In this document: one piece after another, positions 1 to 12,669 of the stretch | How positions within the stretch are numbered: position 1 is the first letter of the stretch | How the letters are laid out: each line of letters begins with the position of its first letter | Source of the DNA: Callorhinchus milii | Lineage: Eukaryota | NCBI RefSeq assembly: GCF_018977255.1 | Contig: NW_024704742.1 | Span: 558,001-622,000 of the forward strand | Length of the DNA: 64,000 bases | Direction of reading: 5' to 3' | The notes under the pieces: model-generated | Seen by the model: the letters and a program-made list of their open reading frames with translations, nothing else | Database searches by the model: none | What the model was told of the DNA's origin: nothing | Program-made: the position numbers and the translations under genes

Positions 1-13
1 TTAAAATGTGGAA

Positions 14-310
14 CGGAGTCCCCTAAGGTTAGTGGTTAGCACACTCGCCTCGCAAGCGAGAGGACCGAGGGTCGATTCCCAGGAGGGACGAACCTGAGTA
101 GGAAAATTTCCTTACTCCACACGCCTCTGTTTACCCAGCAGGAAGTAGGAACCTGGTTGTTAGTTGATTGTTGGATCGCTTTCTGGGGGTAATAATCCCT
201 CAAAAAAAAATTGGGTCATTCAACCCACGATTGCTGTGAGCAATTGGCTGCCGCGTTTCATCACAAAATACAACAACAACTTGCATTTATTTAGTGCCCT
301 TCACACCGGA
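14..310 (+). mobile_element. tRNA-derived SINE (long variant)
   Basis: Degenerate A/B-box head (TTAGTGGTTAGC; GGTCGATTCCC) and body shared with copies at 6082, 46724 and 61551. Confidence 0.8.
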
Positions 311-2394
311 CGGCATCTTGGGAGTGCTTAAACAGTGCCCAGATGTTCCATGGAAGTGCATGTTGTTCTATTTTAATAAGAAGAAATGATAATTTGGTCA
401 CTCAATCCGCGACTGTTTGTGGGACGCTGCTGTGCACAATTGGCTGCTGTGTTTCACCCGCAAAATACACAGTTAATTCCCTTTACATGATATTCCGTGA
501 AGCGCTTTGACAGGTCTCAAAGACGTGATAAGGCGCTATATCAAATGCAAGAATTATTCTGATTATTAATAAACCTTACACAGTCAATCCTCTTTACAAT
601 ATATTCTGTGAAGTGCTTTGGGATGTCTGAAAGACATGATAAGATGATAAGGTGCTATACCAAATGCAAGGTTTGTTATTAAAATAGAGCAACGTGCATT
701 TCAATGGAACATCTAGACACAGTTTCAGGAAACAATCCAAAAAGGTACCAGCTTCTGATCAGCTATATCTTATCTGTTTTAAATATATCTTTCAAAGGTA
801 CACAGTGTGAGCATTTGACAGGATCCTGTACTCGACATCTGTTGAAATATGCAGTTTTAATTTAATTCTCTCTTCTGAAAACAAAAGCATTCAATGTTCC
901 ATAAGTTGGATCAGTTCTCTCGCTACAGAACGAAAACAATAAACAGGTTACAAAACCGCATGAGTTTATTCTTTATGTACCTTGGAAACTGAGAGCGTGC
1001 AACTAATATTTATACAGAGCACTGGAAAGTGTTTATGATCAACTAACTACAGAAGTGAGAGATGAGAAGCTCCACTAGTCAAAGTTACAGTTTTAGGAGT
1101 GCGGAAGCGAAAATAAACACGTCACTTGTGGGCAAACTCTATATTGTTATTAAAGACACTTTTCCTTTGGCTACAGATTTTTGGCCCATTTCCTTTACCC
1201 TGCAAGAGGTTGAAATCTGTAGAAAATGAGTGTGTGTTTGGTGTTTGCTTGTATATTATTGGAATGTGTTGACCGCAGATTCATTTGATGGTAAATTGTG
1301 AGTTGGGGCCCCATGTTCCAGCAATGTTGTGCTTCCAGAAAGGAATGTACACCTGAGATACGTAAAATAAATTATCTGTAATTGTGTGCTTGTTAATTCA
1401 AGATATTTTGTAAAATTGTGAGGCGTTAAATATGGACTTAGAATCTAAAGACAGGAGATTCTGAAAGCATTAAATCTACAGGAAAATCTACTCTAAGATT
1501 TGTCTTTCCACCTACTAGACACCTGGTTGTTAGTTGATTGGCGGATCACTTTTCCGGGAGATAATAATTCCTTCAAAAATATATAATAATTTGGTCACTC
1601 AATCCACCACTGTTTGTGTTCAATCGGCTGCTGAGTTTCACCAACAAAATATAGTCAATTCACTTTAACGGAGGGATCCCACAAGAGAGATTCAGGTGAA
1701 GATGGTTCTTTGGCTCATTTGAACTCATCCTTCAAGAATACTCGTCTATCACAGGATCAGGCTGTTCCTTAAATGAGTTCAGTGTCCTGGCCTCAACCAC
1801 CTTTTCTCATTATCTGTTTCAGTCATTAATTACCTGTTGAGAGAAAAAATGCAATTGCACTTTACAGTCCTGTATTTGTGCTCTCTGGTCCTGTGGCTTT
1901 AGCGTTTCTGAAACTATTGTTCTGAGTTTGCTTTCTCTATTTTAGTAGCCTTCGTACATGCCTCTATAACAGTTACCTTTACCAAATTTTCTAAAGTCTT
2001 GCTCCATGTTAAATTTCAAGCAAAATGGCATTACAGACCAATCGGATCTGAAGTTTCTTTCAACTTCCCCCTTGCAAATTTCTGACCCACCCAATGAGTA
2101 TATATGTCTCCTGTTTTTATCTCCTATATGCAGTATACTAGACTCATTTGTATTGAATTACATTTGCTAATGATCACCCCAGATAACTAACCTACTGATT
2201 TTTTATATAATATCTTGGCTGCCTTCTCTGTTTCCACACATCCCCCATCCCCACCCTTCCGGCTGGTGTTATTGGCAATTTTAATTACATTGCACCGTCT
2301 GAAAATCTATGTACATTAGGAACAAAAGGGAACTGAGACATCGCACTTAGTATTTTGCTTTAGTCTGACTTGAACTAACATTGTCTAAGATGAC

Positions 2395-2600
2395 CACTCC
2401 AATGCAGTCCTGGGGATGTGTTACATTATCAGAGGTACCATCATTTGGATGAGACATTAAACCGTGATCCGTCTTCCTGTTCAGATGGACGTTAAAGATC
2501 TCATGGCACTATTCAAAAAGAGAAGGGAGTTTCTCTCTCCCGGCGTCCGAGCTAATAATCCCCCAATTAAATTTGGTCGCTCGCTCCATGTGATTAGAGT
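2395..2600 (+). mobile_element. DeuSINE-type SINE fragment
   Basis: GGATGAGACATTAAACCG...GTTAAAGATCTCATGGCACTATTC...GGGAGTTTCTC core resembling the Deu domain; recurs at about 35940-36095 (-), 43080-43220, 58570-58670 and 63545-63650 (-). Confidence 0.7.
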
Positions 2601-3639
2601 AGATCAGTGCAAAGGTGAAGCAAGATCCTGCACAGATGCAACGTGCTGGGCTCCTTCTACGAGGTAAATTCTCTAGGATTCCAATTGTATTAAACCTGAC
2701 CTGCATGCGTCTTTTTTTTAAAAATGGTATTAGAAACCCAAAGTGGAAAACTATTCCATTCCCATCACAATTTGCAGAGCAGAAAAATGCACAGCTTGTT
2801 TTTTTTTTTGACAAGAGCATCACTTTTAACCGATGCGCCGCACTGAGATGTGGTTGTGCTATGAAATAGTGAAACAATGAACATGTATTTGTCCTGAGCT
2901 AACGGTATTCAGTCAGTTTCCTAACTTCTCTTTTTCCATTATCTTTCAATTTTAATTTTTTTTTCTCATTGTGTCACATTTGCAATGGAAAAACTTTTTT
3001 TTTTGAAAATGAGCTACGCAATGACATACACTTCCTATCCTGATGTGAAATCTTGTGACATTTGAGGCACTAACAAATCTCATGTTGTTCATCACTAATT
3101 CCATCTTATGATTAATAACAGCATTCTTTCCATGAGATCACTTTTCAAGTCAAAATCATCTGAAATTTGAATTGTACTTTCAAGTTTACACTGTACCTTT
3201 CTGTATAATTTACACAGCACAGAATCAAGATTGACTGAGGGGACCCAGTGCAAGAAATGGAAACGCAGGAACATTTCTGTCATTTATTTAGAAGCCATAT
3301 TTTTCTTTGATTTTTCTGTAAACATAACAAAAAAATGTTTGACACTAAAACAATTATACACATGCCATGCAAATTACATTTATATTATGCCTTTCATGTC
3401 AGGAAGAGCACTTGACACTGCTGGCTGGAGGAGGTAGAGACAGATAGATTTACATTTCAGCTCAGTCCTAACCAAAAAGATCTACACCAAATTGCATTTA
3501 TATACAGGCAGCTCCTTTCACATAACAGAACGTTTCAAAGTGCTCGACAAATGTAATGGTGAACAGTGGGCTGAAAAATACGATTTAAGAAGGATGGCCA
3601 AAGTGATAGTCGAAGAGGTACATTTTAGAGGCTTTTGAG

Positions 3640-4075
3640 TCCAACAACAACAAATTGCATTTATACAGTGCCTGTCTTTCACATCCCAATGCGTTGGACA
3701 GTCGAGGGTTTGTATTTTTGTCTGGTGTGCAGGACGCTGTATACGTGCAAGTTGTTGTTGTTCTTGTACCCAAGCTGGGCTAGGCTGTGTGTGATGGGCT
3801 CAGAGCCAAGTGCGGGAGAGGACAGCAGCTATAGTGTTCTGAGAGGTCTGTAGTTTGTGGAGGGAAGAGTTGGGAAGTCTGGTGAGGGAGAGTAGGCGTA
3901 ATCTAGCCTGGATGGGATGAAAGCATCGGTCAGGTAAGTGTCTCAGAAGCCTGAGGAGATAATGGTTGAAGACGGGCAATGTTGCGGAAGTGGGGGAAGC
4001 TGAATGAGTCAGGCAATGGATGTGGGGTTTAAAGGACAATTGAGTGTCAAACAAGACACTGAAGGTCTACACATG
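3640..4075 (-). mobile_element. L2-clade LINE fragments
   Basis: (CAA)n-ATTGCATTTATA tail and RT-like peptide FDTQLSFKPHI on the minus strand. Confidence 0.7.
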
Positions 4076-5261
4076 AGCCAAGTAGGAGAGCATCTGTTTT
4101 GTGGACATTGAACTGGAGGAAGTTAGAGCTCATCCATCACTTAATGTCTGACAGGCAGAATCCAGGAAGAGAGGTAGAAAGGGAAAGAAGTTCCAGGGAA
4201 CAAGAGTTTGATGGCCGAAGCACAGTCTCTGATGAAGCAACAAGAATTGGTAGATCAACACCTTTATGATAAACCTCCAACTCAGTTGAACAGCAACACT
4301 GTGGCTGGTGGTTTCTATGTGCTTAGATTGACTATTAATCTCCACCTGAGACACAGCAATGAACCTTGGTGTTTGCTTGAGCGCACTTGCTTTACAGATG
4401 GATCATTTTCTACTGATGTGCACCAGATTATGAGCATAGTCAGCAGAAACAGAAAGAAAAATGTGTGACCTTCATATTAGGTTTCCCTTTGCTCCCATTC
4501 GATTTTCTTGCAGGTGTTTGGAAGCATCCATCGGCATCAGGGTGGCAAATGACGTGACCGAAACACACCACAGACCATGTTCTATGAGCTGCAAAAGGCG
4601 GCACAATCGAAGCAACCACAACAATAACTTGCACTTATATAGCACCCTTCACACAGTGCAGCGTCTCAGAGCGCTTAGAAGCAAACCAAATCCACAGCAC
4701 TCCATTTCTCGGTCTAGATATTAGCAATCTTTTTTTTTCTTTTAAGAGCATGATGATCTGCACATCAACAGGATAATAAGGGCGTTGCTAATATATATAT
4801 AATAGATATATAAGTGTGAATTCAACAAAGCTTCCTCCCTTACTTTATCGGTATCTTAATAATCTAACCCAATTTTTTAAATCTCTTTTATCATCTCTCA
4901 AATACACATTTTGAACTCGATGTATGAGCAAAATATAGCTAAAGTTCCACATTACTTTTAATGTTGAGCAATTTACATAGAGTAACTTATTTTTCATGAG
5001 GAGGGTTTGACCTAATTCTATCCACAAACCCTGGTGTACATATTAATCATCTTGTGTTACTAACACAGTGATAACAAAAAACCCTTACTCTTTGTTATGC
5101 AACAAGACAAGACAATATATCTTCTCAATCCTTCCTGTTCATATTTGTAAGTGAAATGCAGCATTGTGAATTCTGCATTTGTAACAACTGTTTTTAATGG
5201 AATAACACACTGGAGTAACAAAAAGTGATCCTTGCATTGGACATAGCATCTCGTCACTAAC

Positions 5262-5700
5262 GACAACAAGAAAACTTGCATTTATATAGCGCCTTTCACT
5301 GGGGGCGGTGTCCCGGAGCGCTTGACAGTGGCGGAGTCTGACCCTGAGCCAGGGGGGAGGGAGGGGGAGGTGACCGTAAGCCTCATCAAAAAGGAAGGTC
5401 TTCAGGTGGGATTTGAAAGTGGGGAGGGAGGGGACGAGGCGGAGGGATTGAGGGAGGGAGTTCCAGAGTTTCCAGTGTCAGAAAGCAAGGCCACCGATGG
5501 TGGAGCGGAGGGGACAAGGGACGAACAGGAGGCCGGAGCCAACCGGGTGGAGGCAGCGGGTGGAGGAGTGGAGTGTAAGCAGATTGGATACGTAGGGAGG
5601 TGCGAGAGCAGGAAGGGATTTGAAAGCGAGTAGAGGATCTTGAAATTGATCCATTCAGTAATTGGGATCTAGTGGAGCCTGGAAAGGACTGGTGTGAGGT
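5262..5700 (-). mobile_element. L2-clade LINE 3' fragment
   Basis: Antisense tail ACTTGCATTTATATAGCGCCTTTCAC followed by purine-rich antisense ORF2 end. Confidence 0.8.
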
Positions 5701-5850
5701 GGATAGATATTTGTTAGGTCAGGGTATTAAGGGATATGGGGTAAAGGTGGGTAATTGGACATGAGGTTCAGATCAGCCATGATCTTATAGAATGGCAGAA
5801 CAAGCCCTAGGGGCCAAATGGCCTCCTCCTGTTTCCATGTTTCTATCACA
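5700..5850 (+). mobile_element. CR1 LINE 3' end
   Basis: CAGATCAGCCATGATCTT...AATGGCCTCCTCCTG...TTCTAT, a CR1-type 3' terminus. Confidence 0.75.
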
Positions 5851-6081
5851 TTGTTAAGATGTTTAGACATGGGTTGTCAGGAGTCTAGGTTTGGGGATGT
5901 CACAGTGGGCTCCACAATACTGCTGGACATTAACCAGCTAAAACTATGTAGCTTAACACTGTGAACTGGCTAGCTTCTCGTGAGAACTACCAGACCTAGG
6001 AAGGTTTGCAAAGTTAACATGAGCCAAGTGGGAATATCCCAAGGCTAAGGGACTGCTTTGTACATTTCCCAGCTGGCCATA

Positions 6082-6462
6082 GTGGAGTCCTGTAGCTCAC
6101 TGTTTAGACCACTCGCCTCGTAAACGAGGGGACCTGGGTTTGAATCCCGGCAGCTCGAAACCTTAGTGAGAGTTTCCTTACTCCACACGCCTGTTTACTT
6201 AGCAGTAAGTAGGAACCCAGTTGTTAATCGATTGGTGGATTGCTTTTCCGGGGGCAATAATCCCTTCAAAAAAAATAAATTGGTCACTTCAATCCACGAC
6301 TGTTGTGTCGTGGATTGAAGTGACACTCTGCTGTGTGCAATTAACTGCCACATTTCGCCCACACAATATACACAGTCAATTCACTTTTACAGTATGTGAA
6401 GCGCTTTGAGACGTCTCGAAGATGCCATAAGGCGCTATATCAAACACAAGGATTATTATTAT
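6082..6462 (+). mobile_element. Full-length tRNA-derived SINE (long variant)
   Basis: GTGGAGTCCTGTAGCTCA head, B box GGTTTGAATCCC, 3' tail GGCGCTATATCAAA...(ATT)n. Confidence 0.9.
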
Positions 6463-8542
6463 AGCCTACAATTGGCATTTTACGCATAGTGATACCTAAC
6501 TGATGTTAATCAATTAGACTATGAACTGGGAACCACAGTGGATAAGTCCCTACTTTGGAAGTGGGTCCTTCTGACCTAAAAACATTTCACCCAAGTTTCC
6601 AAGAAAGGGTCAATCAATCAGCAGAGACCACTTTAAGGCTCCAAATGTGTGGTTCTTATTAAGGCAATTCATTTTCAACTCACAATGAATACCATAATCT
6701 GACCACAAAAAATCCCCTCGTCACCAACATACATGCAGAGATCAATGAGATGCAGTGCTCAAGATACTTCCATTTTTGTTTTGTCAACACATTCAATAAT
6801 CTGTTGACTGCATCGAACTGCAAATGCCACTATTTTTCTCATGACTACATTTAGATTTGTTAACATGTTAGAAATTAAACACGTATTTTCATTATTATGT
6901 GAAAAGAAATTTAACTGGTTAAAAGAATTAGGTTTTATTTTGTTGGGGGAAGAGTGAAAAAAAACATTAAATAAAGTTCCCGAATGGTTCATACAATTGC
7001 GTAAGAAGAATGGTTATCGTCATTTGAAGGAAACTTTTCTTTTAAGGTGAATTCTTAGAAACAAGGTAATAAGGATTAGCAACTGGAAATGCGCCAGCAT
7101 AGGATGCTGAGTGGAACAGTGGTACAGTATAAAATCCAACTTATACATGCCTTTACATGTCATACTATACAACTTATGCAAGTTTCACATAACTTTGTAT
7201 ACATCATATCAAATGTATGGTCCCAACTGGTAAGACTTATGAGGTTTACTGTACAATAACATTATTGTATCATCTCTGCAACCTGGGCTTGAACACAGCT
7301 CAAGAGGGATGAGGGGCAAGTCTCCTCTTGAAACGAGTTTTAGGATTTCTCATCTAAGCTCCTGGTGGACATGAGCTCTGATCCAAGATGATGTAATTTA
7401 ACATTAAAATGTTCTGTTTATGGGGAATAAAAATGTCACATTGGTGCAAGAGGGATTCCTCTTCTGAAATGAGGGCATAATAAGGGGGAATTTTAACAAT
7501 AATTAACAATAATAATCTTTGTATTTGATAGAGCACTTTTCACGTCTTCTAGACGTCTCAAAGCGCTTCACAGGATAGACTATAAAGTGAATTGACTTGT
7601 GTAATTGTGGGTGAAGCCAATTGCGCACAGCAGCGTCCCACAAACAGTCGAGGATTGAAATGACCAATGTATTATTGTTTTTTTTGAGGGATTATTATCA
7701 GACGTGTGGAGTGTCAAACCTGATCTTGGAGTACTTGGTAACTAAAATGAAAAATTGTTCAATATTCCACACTAACAATCTCGACTTTGATGAGCACACA
7801 CCCAAAAAAAATTGATCAAGGATAGAACTTGAAAAATGTTGATAATTTTTTCAACCCACATAGAATTATAGAGATATATCACATAAAACAAACTACAATG
7901 GTTTAAGAAGCAAAACTGATGAGCCTTTTCTGATACAAGAAACATAATTTATTAATATATGCAGGAGTTTGAAGTAATAATTTGACATTAATGTTACTTT
8001 AGAAGAGTGACTAATTTTGCAAAAAATAATGCTGATAAAGGTTTGTTAACCTGAATCGGTTTGTCCGTACTCAAAATGGTAATATAATGGTACTCCAAAG
8101 CTGAGATGTCCCCTATTTAGCAGTAGTTCCACAGAAAATTCAGAAGAAATACTGAACGAGTGGAATTGACACACGTATTGGTCAGAGTCCAATGAAGACA
8201 TGCCACCAATCAATGTTATCAATGTTAAAACTATAACATGAATCATTTCAAATATTAAGCCATTGAATGTTTCAGTTAACCATCTGATAAAGGGCCACAT
8301 AAGTACGTCACTTCAAAATACTCTTATAGTGTTAAAGATGGGAATGCAACTTTGAGGTTGCTGTTGAATAAATCTTCAGCATATAAGGAGTAAAGGGCAA
8401 CAGCAAGTTTAAGGATGGGTGCTAAATATAGTATAAAACAGATTTTCCATTCCCATCTCTTTCAGGAAATGAAACAGTCAGCTTGAAAGTGTAACAATGA
8501 AGAAGATGTGTGAGAATATGTTGCTGCGTATTTTAATAGATT

Positions 8543-8598
8543 TTTATTTAATTCAAATATAATGTACTAAAACTCACAATAGCTTCTCATTTTTTATT
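8543..8598 (-). terminator. Candidate centrin polyadenylation signals
   Basis: Two minus-strand AATAAA hexamers (plus-strand TTTATT at 8593-8598 and 8543-8548), 65-120 nt past the stop. Confidence 0.5.
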
Positions 8599-8662
8599 GC
8601 TTAAATTAAAAAAAATGCAACAACTAGAACTACTCTGGCACTTTAAGACAACAGAATTGGGA

Positions 8663-8752
8663 TTAATAGAGGCTCGTCTTCTTCATGATCCGCAAAAATT
8701 CTTGTTCATTTATCTCACCATCACCATCACGGTCAGCTTCATCAATCATTTC
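8663..8752 (-). CDS. CETN4: Centrin exon 5 (EF-hand 4, C-terminus, stop)
   Basis: ttaaacag|GAA...[35 protein letters not shown]. All introns are phase 0; spliced product is 171 aa. The symbol is assigned from head-to-head position with BBS12 and proximity to FGF2; by sequence alone it is CETN2-like. Confidence 0.96.
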   Translation of the reverse strand, partial: EMIDEADRDGDGEINEQEFLRIMKKTSLY

Positions 8753-9708
8753 CTGTTTAAGAACCAAAAAAAACTGAAGTGAAGTTTATATGCTGTTACA
8801 TTAAATCCAGTTTTCTACAGCAGTAGATTTAGGAATAAAGGAAATGTCACTTGGCCCATCAGGCCCGCACTGCCACAATAATTCCATGACCTATATATTG
8901 TGAAACCTCCCTTAATATTCTTACTCACCAGGTGCTTGTGTTAGTTCAACATTTCAAGATTCTACTGTTATAATAAAGTCTTATAAAATAGCTGCCTTTC
9001 AGGACAACACATTGCTGTTCAGGTCATCACTTTCTGCATATTGCTCATATGCAATAATCGCTGCCAATGCCTTCAAAGTAACGTCAGTGTATTTTTCTGT
9101 ATAAAGCATATATGCATGTATAGGAACTGATATCAACAGTGACCTGATGAGGTGGCTTTTTTTTTTAAAAAAAGCAGATGTAGGCTAGTCAGTGTCAGTT
9201 GCCACATATAGCTCATTTACAGTATACCATGGGTATACAGTGGACACACTTCGCGGGAGATTTGGAAGCACTGAACAGGTTTCAAGAGAAAATAAAGGGT
9301 AACTGTACTGTTCCCTATTAATGACCAATAGGCATTAACGTGTATTGATTTATAAATGTATAAAATGGGGAAATCCCACAATAAAAATTAAGTGAAAAGA
9401 TATACACAATGGCCCCTAGATGGTGCCATTATAAGAGGCTGCAATAAGAGCAATTATTTCAGTTCCACCTGCCCTCTCCCCATATCACTGAAGCTAACTC
9501 TTTTAAGTTCTAGTTCCCCCTTGAAGGACAATATGGATTTTGCCTCAGCAGGGCATTCCATATATCTTAATTACTCCTAGACGTGAAAAAAAAATTCTTC
9601 TAACCTGCCCATTTGCTCATTTACTAACTAACTATCTTAAATAGATTACCCACTAATTACTGATTCACCAAACTGCTGCACAACAGTTTTCAGGCCACGA
9701 GCACGGAT

Positions 9709-10156
9709 CAGGATTTCCCAAACTTGGGTTTGTTTCAATTATTTGGGGGTGGGAGCACATAGCTGGGAGACTTACCCGACGTCCAAAGGCTATATGGAAG
9801 CCTAGTTAGACTACGGAGGTATGAGAAAGGTGCTTTCCCATGGTTCCAGTGTAAGGTAAACAATAATAAATTGGTCATTTTCAATCTACGACTGTTTGTG
9901 GGACATTGCTGTGCGCAATTGGCTGCCGCGTTCGCCCACAAATATACAGTCAATTCACTTTACAGTCTATTCTGTGAAGCGCTTTGGGACGTCCTCCCGA
10001 CGTGAAAAGCGCTATATCAAATGCAAGGATTATTATTATTATTATTATTATAAGGTATTTAGGGGCAGCCTTTTGTGGCGGCTGCGAGGGAGGGCAGGAG
10101 GCCTCGCTGTACCTAACCCCGGGAGCACTTGACCCCAGAAAGTTTGGGACCCCCTG
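9709..10156. mobile_element. hAT-type MITE interrupted by a 5'-truncated SINE (about 9859-10050)
   Basis: Terminal inverted repeats CAGGATTTCCCAAACTT / AAGTTTGGGACCCCCTG; the internal SINE is flanked by direct repeat TAAGGTA. Confidence 0.7.
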
Positions 10157-11529
10157 ATCTAGCCCATAGTTGACAAGATATCTCAATGAGTGTTTAGAGT
10201 TATGATACTTCTGAACACCACCACAAAATAGTCGTAGTATGATTAATCCAATTGTGTAACCTGCTTTACTAATCGGCCAAAAAAATCCTGCCTTAAGATC
10301 ACCTTTTTAAAGTTTAAATAGGAAAATAGAAACTTCACAGAACGGGTAGGAAACTTAAATTAAAATGTAAAAATAAGTTTAAGTAATGTCAAATAAAAAT
10401 TGGGATGGTAAGCGGAGAAGAGGTGAGATGAAAATTAAGAAAGAATGTAGAATTAGACATCAGACTTTAAAACGTATTAACTTATATTAAAGAGTTAAAT
10501 ATAGACATTTTAATGGGATAAGATTAGAACTGTGCTTTTCTGGGATCAGGTGATTCCAGATCAACTCTCACATCATTACAAGGCACCAGCTCCCAATGTA
10601 GCAATGAAATGGCTTTTGGGCTCATGCAGCTTTTCACAGTCAGTGACATCAGTCAAGCAGCCGAAGTAAGAAGGAAGGAATCTCCGCAATATTTCATCCA
10701 CTTTACAATATATTCTGTGAAGCGCTTTGAGATGTCTCAACAACGTGATGAGGTGCTATATCAAATGTACAAATTATTATTAAAAATGGTAGAAAATACT
10801 TTAGAACATTAAAGGTGAATTCATACTTTGAACAGATAATTTATTAGATCCATAATACAATGAGGTTTATAGTACCCTGATCAAGTCAGATTTGGAGTAT
10901 TGCATACAGTATTGGTTGCCACAACAAGGAGGTTAACCAGGTTCTGGAGGCTGACCTGAAGAAACTAGTGAGGCTGATAATACTGTAGTATTAGAGAGAT
11001 GAGTTACAAAACCTAAGAACATAGGAAATGCTAGACGAAAAAAGACCAAGGTCCATCTAGATCGTCTTCCATTTTCCTGGCGATCGCATGCACATGTGTC
11101 CTAAACTACATATGTATTATATCCCATAATATTATTTCCTATAAGAAAACTATCTAATCTGTGGTTGAAAGAATCAATAATTCCTGCTTCAACCGTCTCC
11201 CTGTTCCTGTAACCTGTTCCACAGAGTTACAAGGACTCATTTGATAACTTGATCCTGACTGATATTTGGAAGGATGAAATTTAAAGCCTTCTTCCTCTAT
11301 AAACCTTTTGTCATACCACGTCATTACTGAGTGCAGAAAAATCAGCAGAAGGTGGAAACAGTAGTTCTGTTTGCGTGACCTTCGAGCAGAGGGATGGACC
11401 ACAAAAAATTGTGATTGGAAGCGGACGGCTACAACTTTGGAAACAGAATTGTCAAGAGCCCCAATGCAATTCCTCAAGAACAATGATTCTAATAAAAGGT
11501 GTAATAAAAAGCTGTGGCTGAAATGGAAC

Positions 11530-11730
11530 CATGGCTCAGAACTTTGCTGACCTGCACAGTAGAGTGACAGGATGTGGGTTTCTAACCATGATTCTCCAAA
11601 GAGCAAAACGGCACTGTGCAATAGCTAACAAGAGAATAACTTGGGGGTGGAGAGGAATAAGAAAAAAAACATCCCAGCTCATCTCGACTTGTGAAAATGT
11701 AAAAGTGACAGAGCCCCGAGAACTTGTCCT
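11530..11730 (+). mobile_element. Possible degenerate LTR-retroelement integrase (HHCC zinc-binding region)
   Basis: WGWRGIRKKTSQLISTCENV resembles the WWPGMRKDVxxYVxxCxxC integrase pattern; weak. Confidence 0.35.
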
Positions 11731-12194
11731 GGCCTGTTCAGCTGGTGGAGGCGCAGAGAAATATGACTCACGTTTTTGTTTGAGTCTAAAAGTGGTAGAA
11801 ATTGAACAGTGAACAAGTACTCTGATTAACTGTGATACAGAACAGTAGGAAATGGACTCTGGTCTACAACTGCCATCACGATGAGTCACCATCCCAGCAG
11901 CAGTGCTACTGTGAGGAGGGTGAGAGGAAAACAAACAGACCACTCTCACCGTGTACCTCCTAGTGGTTGGCCACAAAGGAGTGTAAAGGAGAAAGAAAGA
12001 GATATGAAAAAAAAAGTGGGTTATGATTTCAGAATCCGTAAAGAGTTGATTCACTCATTACTAATTGCTCATCAATTAGTAATCTCTGTGAAGGCTCTAT
12101 AAGCACACTGGAAAGCAAATTAAATAATGAACTAACAATAGGATGTCACTGATGAATAAGGAAGTGAAGACAAAATTCCCAGCTAAGGGAGATT

Positions 12195-12660
12195 CTAAAG
12201 GATAGAGGGATTAAGGGATATGGGGATAAGGTGGGCAGGTGGAGTTAGGTTATAAGATTAGCCATGATCTTATTGAATGGCGGGTCAGGCTCGAGGGGCT
12301 GAATGGCCTACTCCTGCTCCTAATTCCTGTGGAGTCCTGTAGCTCAGTGGTTAGAGCACTCGCCTTGAGAGTGAGAGACCTGAGTTCAACTCCAGGCAGA
12401 GGGCGAAACCTCGGGCAAGTTTCCTTACTCCACACAGAGCCTAATAATAATCCCTCCAAAACAAAACAATAATAAATTGGTCATTTTCAATCCATGACAG
12501 TTTATGGGACATTGCTGAGTGCAATTGGCTGCCGCGGTTGCCCACAAACATAGAGTCAATTCACTTTACAGTATATTCTGTGAAGCGCTTTGAAATGTCT
12601 AGAAGACGTGATAAGCGCTTTATCAAATGCAACGATTATTATTATTATTATGTTCCTATG
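12195..12660 (+). mobile_element. CR1 3' end with nested full-length tRNA-SINE (12329-12650, short variant)
   Basis: CR1 tail ...GAATGGCCTACTCCTGCTCCTAATTCCT is interrupted by the SINE and resumes as TGTTCCTATG. Confidence 0.85.
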
Positions 12661-12669
12661 AGATCCCAA

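Noticed and set aside
979..990. Minus-strand donor AAG|gtacat as end of a first exon
   Set aside because: Too close to the TATA-predicted start; it would give an exon under about 10 nt.
12329..12405. tRNA gene-like A/B boxes (also at 14, 6082, 29175-29248, 46724, 61840-61915)
   Set aside because: Each is attached to the same SINE body, so these are SINE heads rather than tRNA genes.
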